From: Bdellovibrionales bacterium
GTDB lineage: Bacteria > Bdellovibrionota > Bdellovibrionia > Bdellovibrionales > UBA1609
Reading direction: 5' to 3'
NCBI GenBank assembly: GCA_965261545.1
Contig: CBDHDF010000002.1
Coordinates: 704,001 to 768,000 of the forward strand
DNA length: 64,000 bases
In this document: in pieces, positions 30,313 to 40,223 of the stretch
How positions within the stretch are numbered: position 1 is the stretch's first letter
How the letters are laid out: each line of letters starts with the position of its first letter
Program-made: the position numbers and the translations under genes
The notes under the pieces: model-generated
What the model was told of the DNA's origin: nothing
Database searches by the model: none
Seen by the model: only the letters and a program-made list of their open reading frames with translations

Positions 30313-30823
30313 CTTTATTCTATTGGAATGTCGTATTTTTATTCTATGGATATGGATCCTTTTTTCTCTTGGGGGGTGTAGTTTCTTACCTCCCCAAGAA
30401 AGTCATATTAAAGTTCCTGTGGAGAAAGTCTTCCATGCAAAGTTCGACCATGTCTGGCGAGCCACCCAACTTGCCCTGAAAAGTTATCCCATAAAACAAA
30501 GTCACATCGATCGGGGTCTTATCACAACGGATTTTATAAAAGGCCCACACATTTGGTCACCACCCTACGTCAAAAAGGAGCCAAGTCAGGGTCTCCGTTC
30601 TCAACTCAAAGTGAAATTGAGTCGAGGACAGGCCCAAGGTCACCCCGTGACACGTGTGACTATTTTTAAGGCTCTTTCCATAAAAAGAGACTTTTTCTCT
30701 GACAATGAAACAATTTCCAGTGATGGCATGGAAGAATCAGCCCTTTTATACCGAATAGAACGAGAATTAAAAATAGATAAGGCCTTGGAAAGACTCCAGA
30801 AAAGATCAGTCACACCTCACTGA
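30269..30823 (+). CDS. Hypothetical lipoprotein (BamC/NlpB-like)
   Basis: Lipobox LGGC; FDHVWRATQLAL...DRGLITTDF pattern; start uncertain. Confidence 0.6.
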   Translation: MFLISHEIPLKLKCNFILLECRIFILWIWILFSLGGCSFLPPQESHIKVPVEKVFHAKFDHVWRATQLALKSYPIKQSHIDRGLITTDFIKGPHIWSPPYVKKEPSQGLRSQLKVKLSRGQAQGHPVTRVTIFKALSIKRDFFSDNETISSDGMEESALLYRIERELKIDKALERLQKRSVTPH

Positions 30824-31043
30824 TCATCCACCCACCATCATACCACAAGTGACGGCTAAGGGTGCAGAAAGACCCATGGATGAAATAAAAAACTAAGAAC
30901 CACTTGACGAACCCCCGATGGAACACAGATTAAGCAGAGAAGATAGCTCTCACTTCTTTGGCTGTATAAATGCGCAAGAGACAGAGCCGTCCCTCAAAAA
31001 AGCAACAAAAGAAGTTACTGAAAGTTTTGAATAAAAAATTTTG

Positions 31044-31070
31044 AACGAAAGAAACGAAAGAAACGAAAGA
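31044..31070 (+). repeat. (AACGAAAGA)3 immediately upstream of the dnaK RBS
   Basis: Three perfect 9-mers followed by GAGGAG. Confidence 0.9.
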
Positions 31071-31083
31071 GAGGAGCATCGTT

Positions 31084-33039
31084 ATGGGTAAAATCATTGG
31101 AATAGACCTTGGGACAACCAATTCTTGTTTGTCCATTATGGAGGGTGGAGAGCCCAAAGTTCTCGTCAATGAAGAAGGAACGCGTACAACCCCATCGGTT
31201 GTCGCCTTTACAAAAGATGATGAAAAGCTCGTGGGGCAAATGGCCAAGCGTCAAGCTGTGACCAATCCAGAAAATACTATTTTTTCTGCCAAGCGCTTCA
31301 TTGGCCGTCGCTTTGAAGAACTCAAAGATGAAATCAACTTAGTTCCCTATAAGGTCATTAAAAAAAGCAATGATGACTGCGCCTTTGAGGTTCAGGGAGA
31401 TACAGTCACCCCCGAAGAAATATCTGCCTTTATTTTGCGTAAACTTAAAAAAGTGGCCGAAGACTACTTGGGAGAAGAGGTCACAGAGGCTGTGGTCACA
31501 GTTCCCGCCTACTTCAACGACTCTCAGCGTCAAGCTACCAAAGACGCAGGAAAAATTTCCGGACTGGATGTGAAAAGAATCATCAATGAACCCACAGCAG
31601 CGGCCTTGGCCTATGGATTGGACAAAAAAACCGATCAAAAAATTGCCATCTATGATTTTGGTGGAGGAACATTTGATATCTCTATTCTCGAAGTTGGTGA
31701 CAATATCGTGGAGGTTAAATCCACCAATGGTGATACCCAGTTGGGTGGAGACAATTTTGATACTAAAATTTTGGAGTGGTTGATTACAGAGTTTAAAAAA
31801 GATCAAGGTATTGACCTTAAAAGTGATAAAATGGCTCTTCAGCGCCTCAAAGAAGCCGCAGAGAAAGCTAAGATTGAACTCAGCCTTCGTCAAGAAACTG
31901 AAATCAACCTCCCTTTTATCACAGCAGACGCCTCGGGTCCTAAACATCTGCACTTGAAACTAAGTCGAGCAAAATTTGAACAAATGTGTGAAGAACTTAT
32001 TCAACGAGCCCTTAAACCATGCCAAAAAGCCTTGGAAGATGCGGGGCTTTCGACCTCTCAAATTGATGAAATTGTGTTGGTGGGTGGCTCCACTCGTATA
32101 CCCGCCATTCAAGAGTCTGTGAAAAAGTTTTTTGATAAAGAGCCTAATCGCACAGTGAACCCCGATGAAGTGGTCGCTTTGGGGGCTGCCGTCCAGGGAG
32201 GTGTTTTAGGTGGTGATGTAAAGGATGTTTTACTTCTCGATGTCACACCTTTGTCTCTTGGCATTGAAACCCTTGGCGGTGTTATGACCAAACTCATTGA
32301 TCGCAACACAACCATTCCCACAAAAAAATCTCAGATATTTTCCACAGCGGCTGACAGTCAATCCAGTGTGGATGTTCATGCTCTTCAAGGTGAGCGAGAA
32401 ATGGCCACCGATAACAAAACCCTAGGTCGTTTTGAATTGGTGGGCATTCCCCCTGCCCCACGGGGTGTGCCTCAAATTGAAGTAACCTTTGATATTGATG
32501 CCAATGGTATTTTAAATGTCTCGGCCAAGGACCTTGGCACAGGTAAGGAGCAGGCCATTAAAATCACAGCGAAATCAGGTTTAAGTGATGAAGAGGTGAA
32601 TCGAATGGTGAAGGAGGGAGAGACTCACTCTGAAGAAGACAAAAAGAAAAAAGTACAAATCACCCACTGTAACAACTTAGATAATATGATATATCAAACA
32701 GAAAAACTACTCAAAGAAAATGAGAAGGATGTTCCCGAAACTGAAAAGAAAAAACTTGAAGAAATCCTTGCGGACTCCAAAAAAGTTTTAAAAGACAAAG
32801 AGGCTTTACCAGAGCAACTGGAAGCCTCTTTGAATGACCTCACAAGTGCTAGCCATGCCCTCAGCAGTGTTCTCTACGAGAAACAAAAGCAATCTAAATC
32901 TAGCGAGTCAGCAACATCAGCAACAACAGAGGCGAACTCATCGTCGATTTCAGAGGAGGATCCATCTCAGGCAGCCCCTCCTCCAGGGGGTGGAAAAAGT
33001 GATGTCATCGACGCCGATTATAAAGATGTCAACTCGTAG
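31084..33039 (+). CDS. dnaK: Chaperone DnaK (Hsp70)
   Basis: [51 protein letters not shown]. Confidence 0.99.
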   Translation: MGKIIGIDLGTTNSCLSIMEGGEPKVLVNEEGTRTTPSVVAFTKDDEKLVGQMAKRQAVTNPENTIFSAKRFIGRRFEELKDEINLVPYKVIKKSNDDCAFEVQGDTVTPEEISAFILRKLKKVAEDYLGEEVTEAVVTVPAYFNDSQRQATKDAGKISGLDVKRIINEPTAAALAYGLDKKTDQKIAIYDFGGGTFDISILEVGDNIVEVKSTNGDTQLGGDNFDTKILEWLITEFKKDQGIDLKSDKMALQRLKEAAEKAKIELSLRQETEINLPFITADASGPKHLHLKLSRAKFEQMCEELIQRALKPCQKALEDAGLSTSQIDEIVLVGGSTRIPAIQESVKKFFDKEPNRTVNPDEVVALGAAVQGGVLGGDVKDVLLLDVTPLSLGIETLGGVMTKLIDRNTTIPTKKSQIFSTAADSQSSVDVHALQGEREMATDNKTLGRFELVGIPPAPRGVPQIEVTFDIDANGILNVSAKDLGTGKEQAIKITAKSGLSDEEVNRMVKEGETHSEEDKKKKVQITHCNNLDNMIYQTEKLLKENEKDVPETEKKKLEEILADSKKVLKDKEALPEQLEASLNDLTSASHALSSVLYEKQKQSKSSESATSATTEANSSSISEEDPSQAAPPPGGGKSDVIDADYKDVNS

Positions 33040-33061
33040 GAACTTCTAAGGTTCTTGTTTA

Positions 33062-34054
33062 ATGAAAACAATCCTCACGGGAATTAAACCCACGGGTCAA
33101 CCCCACCTCGGTAACTACTTGGGGGCCATGCGCCCCGCCCTGTCTTTGTCGGCCCCCGAGGATATGCGCTCTCTTCTATTTATTGCTGATTATCACTCCC
33201 TAATCTCTATGTACAAAGGGGTTGAAATTCGAGAAATGACCTATGAAGTGGCCTCCTCTTGGCTCGCCTGTGGACTCAATCCCGAAAAAATTGTCATGTA
33301 CAAACAGTCCCATGTGCCCGAAATTCTCACATTGGCATGGATTCTCTCCTGTTTTACTCCCAAGGGCTTTATGAACCGAGCCCATGCCTACAAAGCTCGC
33401 ATGACTGAAAATGAAGCTGCAGGAAAAGACCTCGATAGAGGCATCAATATGGGGCTTTACTCCTATCCTGTTTTAATGTCCGCAGATATTCTCTTATTTG
33501 ATACGGATATAGTTCCCGTGGGAGAAGATCAACTGCAACACCTTGAGTTTGCAAGGGATATTGCACAGAAAATCAATGGCCACTATGGAGAGGTTTTCAA
33601 AATTCCACAACCCGCCATTGAGAAAAATACCAAAACGATTCCAGGACTTGATGGCCAAAAGATGAGCAAAAGCTACAATAACCATATTCCCATGTTTGCC
33701 CCTCCGAAAAAGCTTCGTACAATGGTCATGAAGATCAAAACAGATTCCTCCCTTCCGGAAGAACCCAAGAATCCTAACAAATCACATCTCATGGATCTCT
33801 ACAAAGAATTTGCCAAGAAAGAGGAAATCAAAGATTTAGAGAAGAAATATCAACGGGGTATTGGCTGGGGAGAAGTCAAAGAATGCCTATTTCAAGTCAT
33901 CAACCGAGAACTGACACCAGCTCGGGAGAAATACAACTCCCTCATGGCCAATCACACTGAAGTAGATAAGATTCTAGAAGATGGTGCTAAAAGAGCAAGA
34001 GCCATTGCCACTCCTGTTCTCAACAGAGTTCGCAAGGCCATTGGTGTTTTGTAG
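33062..34054 (+). CDS. trpS: Tryptophan--tRNA ligase
   Basis: TGIKPTGQPHLGNY, YPVLMSADIL, VPVGEDQLQHLE, KMSKS. Confidence 0.97.
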   Translation: MKTILTGIKPTGQPHLGNYLGAMRPALSLSAPEDMRSLLFIADYHSLISMYKGVEIREMTYEVASSWLACGLNPEKIVMYKQSHVPEILTLAWILSCFTPKGFMNRAHAYKARMTENEAAGKDLDRGINMGLYSYPVLMSADILLFDTDIVPVGEDQLQHLEFARDIAQKINGHYGEVFKIPQPAIEKNTKTIPGLDGQKMSKSYNNHIPMFAPPKKLRTMVMKIKTDSSLPEEPKNPNKSHLMDLYKEFAKKEEIKDLEKKYQRGIGWGEVKECLFQVINRELTPAREKYNSLMANHTEVDKILEDGAKRARAIATPVLNRVRKAIGVL

Positions 34055-34101
34055 GCAAACTATATATCTCATATCTACAAAATCATATATGCTTATTCAC
34101 T

Positions 34102-35004
34102 ATGAACTCCACAGAGGGAAAAACGACAGAAGAAGGAAGAACAACAGACCTTATCATCCAGCATATCAATCGATGCCTGGAGAAATCCAAGGGACAAGCT
34201 ATCGCAGCCTTTGATGCCGATGGAACCCTTTGGCCCATGGATGTGGGTAAACTTTTTTTTCAATACCAACTCCACCATAATCTCATAAAAGATAGAGAAG
34301 ATAAAATAGAGATATCTGGGCTATGGGATATGCGGGAGATATTAGCCTTCAGTAACAATTCCTCTCCACCTGCAACGCTGCCAGAAAAGGCGACACTGCT
34401 AGAGACCACTTCGCCGTTGCCAGGAGTTGCCCCATTCCCAGAGACGACCACAGAACGCTACCTATGGTTTGCGCAGATAAATGCAGGTCAGAAACTTGAA
34501 ACGGTTCAAAATTGGGCCTCCGAGGCTATTGCAAGGACCAAAGACTTCCCTATATTTTGTGAACAAAAAGAAATTATCGACCATCTCCATGCAAAGGCTG
34601 TGGAAATATTTATTATTACAGCTTCAGTCAAGTGGAGCGTTGAGCCTGCTGCCGCCCAATTTTACAACATTGACAAAGATCATGTTCTTGGAGTCTCCAC
34701 AAAGATTGTGGATAAAGTCATTACAGATAAGTCCTCTGGACCTGTCACCTATAAGGCTGGAAAGACAGAGGCCCTCCAAAAGCATACCAAGGGTGTAAGA
34801 CCTTTTTTCTGCTCGGGAAACACAGAGGGAGACCTTCATCTCCTTGAATCCTCCACGGACATTAAGGTTGTTATTTCCTCAGCAACAAAAAAAGATATGC
34901 ACTACAACGCTGAACAAAAGATGAAGGGCCTCGCCCAGCAAAGAAAATGGTATGTCATCAACAACCCTGATATCATCCATTTAACTCCCATTAACTCCCA
35001 TTAG
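34102..35004 (+). CDS. HAD-IB family hydrolase
   Basis: AFDADGTLW, ITAS, GK, GNTEGD. Confidence 0.88.
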   Translation: MNSTEGKTTEEGRTTDLIIQHINRCLEKSKGQAIAAFDADGTLWPMDVGKLFFQYQLHHNLIKDREDKIEISGLWDMREILAFSNNSSPPATLPEKATLLETTSPLPGVAPFPETTTERYLWFAQINAGQKLETVQNWASEAIARTKDFPIFCEQKEIIDHLHAKAVEIFIITASVKWSVEPAAAQFYNIDKDHVLGVSTKIVDKVITDKSSGPVTYKAGKTEALQKHTKGVRPFFCSGNTEGDLHLLESSTDIKVVISSATKKDMHYNAEQKMKGLAQQRKWYVINNPDIIHLTPINSH

Positions 35005-35026
35005 TACCCACACGAATGTGGGTATA

Positions 35027-36919
35027 TTAGGCATCCTCTTCAATATGAATGACATTGAGATCAAGCTCTTTCATAATTTCTTGATGGATTTTTTCTAGAG
35101 ACTTGGGGTCTCGGCCCGTTCCTACAAAAATATTCTCAAAGCTATAGGTTTTCTTAAGGGATTGCAAACCCTCAAGAAGAGTGTCTGGAAGTATTTTTAC
35201 TGTGAGAATCAAATCTTTATTGTAAATAGGTGCAACTTGTTGAGAAACCACACGCTGGAGGAGTTCTGAAAAGAAGCCTTCGGAATCCTTGCCATCTTCG
35301 GCATGGAAGATCACCAATTCAAAGGAGTTCTTATCCTCCCTTAGGATATGTCGCAGAGTCTGGTTGATAAGTCGGCGAGCCCTCGTGCCCCCTGTACAAA
35401 GGATGTATTTCTTTAAATCATCGGGGAGGTTGGGCCTTGTGGCAAAGTGACCAGTGCCCAATCGCAAATCAGAACGGTTGGCAAGGCGGTGTTCTAAAAC
35501 TCCCCAGCGAAAGTATATTTTTAGGAGGAGAACACCAGAGAATAAAACAGTGAGGAGAAGAAGAACTTCGCTGTTGGCATGGAGGAGAAGGGTCAGCGTG
35601 GCAATTCCAAGAACCACTCCAGAAAAGAGGGGAGTCATGGGTATTGTAAGTCGTCGTGAATTGATGGTCCATTGGGAGAGGTAGGAACGGGGCGTGTTTT
35701 GGCGCAGTGGCTTGTTTCGCATGAGAACCACACCTAAGCAAAAGCTCACCATCACTCCAAGAAAGGCAATTTCATAAACCTTGGCAGCAACTTCAATTTC
35801 ACCTGCGACATAGGCCGACATAAACATGGCGACAACGGCAAAGGGGAGTGCAATAAGGGGGTACCCTTGAATGGAAGGAAATTTGTGGGCCATGCGATAA
35901 AGCAAGATGGGGGGGAGATTGCCTTGTTTGGCCATGGTGGTGGACAGGCCAATAAAGCCAACAAAGGCCGTGTTGACGGCGGCAAACAGGGTGAGAACAG
36001 CATCAGTAACAATAACCCAGCGTAAATAGGGCCCCCCTAAGGTGAAAGCAAATTCAGAGAGAAGGTACTTATTATTGGCCACCACTTGGTCGCGAGAGAG
36101 AATCGTAAGACATAAAATCGAAATGACGGGAGCTGTGATCGAGACGAGAATAATGACAGTTTTGTAAAGCCGCCGAACTGTTTGGAGGATGGGCTGCTCA
36201 AGTTCCTCCACAATTTGTGCTGCCGATTCAAAGCCAGTGATTCCCAAAAAGGCGGCGGCAAACCCATACATAATAATAGGAAGAGTCAGTTCTCCACTTG
36301 GTAGTAATGTATTAAATTTTGAGAAATCAATTTGCTCATGATGGATTATTAAGAAACCAAAACCCCAGATACTAAGAATAATGAGAAGAAAAAAGTGGAG
36401 GGCTGCGATAACAGTGACAATTTTTGCAGGTTCTCGAATTCCCTTGGTGTTTAAAAGCCCAAAGATTGCAATGGGTATAAAGGAGAGAAATACGGCTCCA
36501 CTGTTGCCTGTGGCATTGCCAGCACTTTCAGCACTGTCAGTGCCCCAAGAGGAGAGAAGATAAAAACCTCCAGAAAGTGCACTGACAGCGGCTGTAGCTA
36601 GGTAAGAGACAAAAGTGAGTGTTCCAGCAAGCACGGCGGATCTTCTTCCCAGAGTTCGTAGAATCATGGAGTAGGCGCCACCGTTGTAGGGACTAAGGGC
36701 TAAGCCTTCTTCGTAGGTACGCTTGAAGAGCCACATCATCAAACAGGTTGTGAGGATAAAGAGAGGGGAGAGGTAGCCCACAATGGGAAAGAGAATACCT
36801 GTTCCATAAAAAATGGACGTTCCTATATCGGCTCCGACAATACCTGCTGCAATGGTCCAATTGAGGCCATTTTTGTGATTGTCATCTGATATTTTAATTT
36901 TTTGTGTTAGCTTTTTCAG
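35027..36919 (-). CDS. APC-family amino acid/ion permease with C-terminal cytoplasmic domain; probable CTG start
   Basis: Multiple TM helices, NGGAY, GITGFES. TM1 (GADIGTSIFYG) lies upstream of the first GTG (36781). GGAG-N6-CTG at 36919. Confidence 0.85.
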   Translation of the reverse strand: MKKLTQKIKISDDNHKNGLNWTIAAGIVGADIGTSIFYGTGILFPIVGYLSPLFILTTCLMMWLFKRTYEEGLALSPYNGGAYSMILRTLGRRSAVLAGTLTFVSYLATAAVSALSGGFYLLSSWGTDSAESAGNATGNSGAVFLSFIPIAIFGLLNTKGIREPAKIVTVIAALHFFLLIILSIWGFGFLIIHHEQIDFSKFNTLLPSGELTLPIIMYGFAAAFLGITGFESAAQIVEELEQPILQTVRRLYKTVIILVSITAPVISILCLTILSRDQVVANNKYLLSEFAFTLGGPYLRWVIVTDAVLTLFAAVNTAFVGFIGLSTTMAKQGNLPPILLYRMAHKFPSIQGYPLIALPFAVVAMFMSAYVAGEIEVAAKVYEIAFLGVMVSFCLGVVLMRNKPLRQNTPRSYLSQWTINSRRLTIPMTPLFSGVVLGIATLTLLLHANSEVLLLLTVLFSGVLLLKIYFRWGVLEHRLANRSDLRLGTGHFATRPNLPDDLKKYILCTGGTRARRLINQTLRHILREDKNSFELVIFHAEDGKDSEGFFSELLQRVVSQQVAPIYNKDLILTVKILPDTLLEGLQSLKKTYSFENIFVGTGRDPKSLEKIHQEIMKELDLNVIHIEEDA

Positions 36920-37221
36920 GGAGATCTCCGTGTTAGGGTCGCCATAGCCATCAGAATCAATTATAGTAGTTGAGCCTTTTTATCAATTCATTTTATCAAT
37001 TCAATCATGGAGGGTCACGCATCAGAGCACCAGAGTGGAAATTTCAGGAACTATTCATCTTTGGCTGGACTCTCTAGCCTCAACTAAAGACAAGTTTGTA
37101 CTTCAATTAAAGTTAAATATTGAAGATCTTTTAAAGACATTTTTATAAACTCCGATAAGCAAAAGTGTTGATAAATCTTGAAAGAAAAATTACTTTAAAA
37201 AAAATAACTTTGAGGTCATTT

Positions 37222-38694
37222 ATGAAAAAAACAAATAAGAATAAATTTAAGGTCGGCCATAAAATCAATCATTACTTGAAATTTCAAGCCTTACTTATCT
37301 TATCTTTGATGACCATTTTGGGCTGTGCAGAGTACTCTACTCATCAGCAAATAAATAAATTGAATCACTCTTCTTTGAATATCAATTTACCCTTGCCCAT
37401 TCTTTCTTCATCCAATGCAGAACTTTATACTATCAGTGGAACTTGTAATTCAAGTGTGGAAGGAAGTGTTTCTTTGGTGATTGGAGAGCCGAAGACTGTT
37501 CCTGTCAGAGTCTCTTGCAACCTCAGTAGTTTTACAGGAACTGTTGATACAAGGCAGGTCACTTCAAAAAAAGCGACAATTAGTGTCACCCACGGAGGTG
37601 ACACACAAGATGTCACTGTCGACAATGACCTTTTTGTCCCTACGGCCCTAGGGTTTAATTTCTTGCCCTCTCTTTCCTCCAGCAATAAGACAAACTATGC
37701 TATAAGTGGAACATGTGACTCAAATCTTGGAGATGTCACAGTGAGCATTGGAGAACCAAATATAGAAAAAGATTTACCTTGTAAACAAGGCAACATATTC
37801 TTGGGAGATTTCAATGTAGAAAATATCTCATCACATCCAACTTCCATCAGGGCCAGTCAAGTGGGTAGCAGTAGAACTATCCATTCTTTCACGGCCAATA
37901 ATATCAATAGCTTTGTCACAAAGTGGAATATTACCAATGATAGCTATGAGTTTACCTTGCCCCTCAAAGAGGATAACAGATTAACATATAATTTTACTGT
38001 GGATTGGGGAGATGGAAGCAATATAAGTAGTGTATCATCTTTTAGCGATAGCGACAAAGTACATACCTATAACGCGACAGGACAATATACGATTACCATC
38101 ATAGGCACTTGTGAGGGATTCGAAAATCACTCCCTCCCAGAGAGACTTCTCCTTGAAGTTATTAACCTCGGAAATATGGGGTGGGTTGATTTATCCTATG
38201 CTTTTGCAGGTAATTCTCACCTTACAAAGGTTCTTGGAGGAAATACACTCAATGTGACCAATATGGAATTTATGTTTGATGGAGCCACCTCAGCGAATCC
38301 AGATACCAGTGGTTGGGATACCTCCAATGTGACCGATATGGAATTTATGTTTAATGGAGCCACCTCAGCGAATCCAGATACCAGTGGTTGGGATACCTCC
38401 AATGTGACCGATATGGAATTTATGTTTAGTGAAGCCACCGCAGCGAATCCAGATACCAGTGGTTGGAATTTTACAAATGTTGATTTTATACAAGATATAT
38501 TTATATCCTCGGATTTATCTGTTGAAAACTATTCAAAATTCTTAATAAGCCTCGCTGCCAACCCTCCTGAAAAATCTGAGATGGTAAAAACCATAGATGT
38601 GGGCACATTGCAATACAACTCAAGTGCTTCGGGAGCTCGTGGAAGCTTAAGAAATCAAGGTTGGACCATCAATGATGGGGGGGAGAATATATAA
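37222..38694 (+). CDS. DUF285/BspA-like surface lipoprotein (two Ig-like domains, PKD-like domain, 3 repeats)
   Basis: Lipobox ILGC; same module motifs as the giant gene; GAGG before ATG 37222. Confidence 0.88.
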   Translation: MKKTNKNKFKVGHKINHYLKFQALLILSLMTILGCAEYSTHQQINKLNHSSLNINLPLPILSSSNAELYTISGTCNSSVEGSVSLVIGEPKTVPVRVSCNLSSFTGTVDTRQVTSKKATISVTHGGDTQDVTVDNDLFVPTALGFNFLPSLSSSNKTNYAISGTCDSNLGDVTVSIGEPNIEKDLPCKQGNIFLGDFNVENISSHPTSIRASQVGSSRTIHSFTANNINSFVTKWNITNDSYEFTLPLKEDNRLTYNFTVDWGDGSNISSVSSFSDSDKVHTYNATGQYTITIIGTCEGFENHSLPERLLLEVINLGNMGWVDLSYAFAGNSHLTKVLGGNTLNVTNMEFMFDGATSANPDTSGWDTSNVTDMEFMFNGATSANPDTSGWDTSNVTDMEFMFSEATAANPDTSGWNFTNVDFIQDIFISSDLSVENYSKFLISLAANPPEKSEMVKTIDVGTLQYNSSASGARGSLRNQGWTINDGGENI

Positions 38695-38798
38695 ACTTTC
38701 AGATGGCTCGGATGAATGCGATGCGCTGTGAGGGAGGGCGAGTTGAAAGCAATTGAATGTGATGGATGTGATGTAATTATAATAGCATATCTATAGAA

Positions 38799-40223
38799 TC
38801 ATAGATGGACTCCTTCAATGGGAGTGGGGTACTGTTCGTCAAAACAAGCGGCGCAAAAGCCTGCCTCTCTAGGATTCTTGGGTGTTCCCACAACAGCTCC
38901 CATCAAACCATCCCTGGTGAGATAAACTAGGGAGTCAGCCCCTATAAATTTGCAAATATCCTCACGACTTTTTCTTTTAGCGATCAGTTCTTCTGTTTCA
39001 GGAGTATCCACACCATAGTAGCAAGAACTCATGGTGGGAGGGGCTGCAATTCTAAAGTGAATTTCCCTAGCTCCCGCCTGGCGGATGAGGCGAATAATTT
39101 TCTGACTTGTTGTCCCGCGAACAAGAGAGTCATCCACAATGATGACTTTTTTTCCTTGAATAATTTCGGCCTGGGGGTTGAGTTTAATCTTTACATCAAA
39201 AGCTCGTATGGAGGGGCTGGGTTGAATAAAAGTTCTTCCAATATAGTGGTTTCGAATAATGCCTAGTTCAAAGGGAATGCCACTTTCAGCGCTATAGCCG
39301 ATGGCGGCAGGGACACCGCTGTCAGGGACAGGAATGACCATGTCAGCTTCCACAACACTCTCCCGTGCCAGAGCCCTTCCCATATTCTTACGTACCTCAT
39401 AGACATTGGCACCAAAGACATGGGAGTCGGGCCTTGAAAAATACACATATTCAAAGATACATTTGGCTTTGTGGTTTACAGGGGCGGCCCATGATTCAGA
39501 GTGCTCTTCTCCTGTTTCATTCACCCAAAAAATTTCTCCGGGTTCAATCTCTCGTACATATTGAGCACCTACTAAATCAAAGGCACAGGTTTCAGAGGCG
39601 AGGACAACGGCGGCTTTTCCCGATTTTTGGGGGAGTCTTCCTAGGACAAGGGGACGAAAGCCCAAGGGGTCTCGGGCGGCCACCATATGACCTTGACTCA
39701 TGCACACAATGCTAAAGGCTCCATCCAAGATCTCCATGGCCTTTTTCATACATCTAATGAGGTCATTGCTTTTATTTCTGGCAAGGAGGTGAAGAATAAT
39801 TTCCGTGTCATTGGTTCCTTGAAAAATAGCTCCCTGGGAAATTAAATCTTCACGAATCTTCCGTCCATTTGTGATGTTGCCGTTATGGGCAATGGCCACG
39901 GGACCATTTTTTAAGGCAGCTGTTAGAGGTTGGGTATTAGCTATAAGGCTTTCACCTGTGGTGGAATAACGAACATGACCCATGGCCATGGAGCCCTTGA
40001 GTTTGTTCAAGTCACTTTCTTTGTAAACCTTTCCCACAAGTCCCATTCCCTTATGACTGATATGTTTTCCCTGGCAGTTACTTACAATTCCCGTGGATTC
40101 TTGGCCACGGTGTTGTTGGGCATAAAGGCCAAAATAGGTGAGGCGAGAGGCTTCGGAGCTTCCACAAATGCCAAACACCCCACACTCTTCTCGCCATTTT
40201 TCAATTGAGTTAGCTGAAGTCAA
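38799..40223 (-). CDS. purF: Amidophosphoribosyltransferase
   Basis: EECGVFG, QHRGQES, GHVRYST, VDDSLVRGTTS, CAACF. TTG start with GGAGG RBS overlapping the purL stop. Confidence 0.96.
   Translation of the reverse strand: MTSANSIEKWREECGVFGICGSSEASRLTYFGLYAQQHRGQESTGIVSNCQGKHISHKGMGLVGKVYKESDLNKLKGSMAMGHVRYSTTGESLIANTQPLTAALKNGPVAIAHNGNITNGRKIREDLISQGAIFQGTNDTEIILHLLARNKSNDLIRCMKKAMEILDGAFSIVCMSQGHMVAARDPLGFRPLVLGRLPQKSGKAAVVLASETCAFDLVGAQYVREIEPGEIFWVNETGEEHSESWAAPVNHKAKCIFEYVYFSRPDSHVFGANVYEVRKNMGRALARESVVEADMVIPVPDSGVPAAIGYSAESGIPFELGIIRNHYIGRTFIQPSPSIRAFDVKIKLNPQAEIIQGKKVIIVDDSLVRGTTSQKIIRLIRQAGAREIHFRIAAPPTMSSCYYGVDTPETEELIAKRKSREDICKFIGADSLVYLTRDGLMGAVVGTPKNPREAGFCAACFDEQYPTPIEGVHL

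Noticed and set aside
30830..31083. CIRCE or sigma32 element upstream of dnaK
   Set aside because: No TTAGCACTC-N9-GAGTGCTAA; the sigma32-like match near 30903 is too weak to call.
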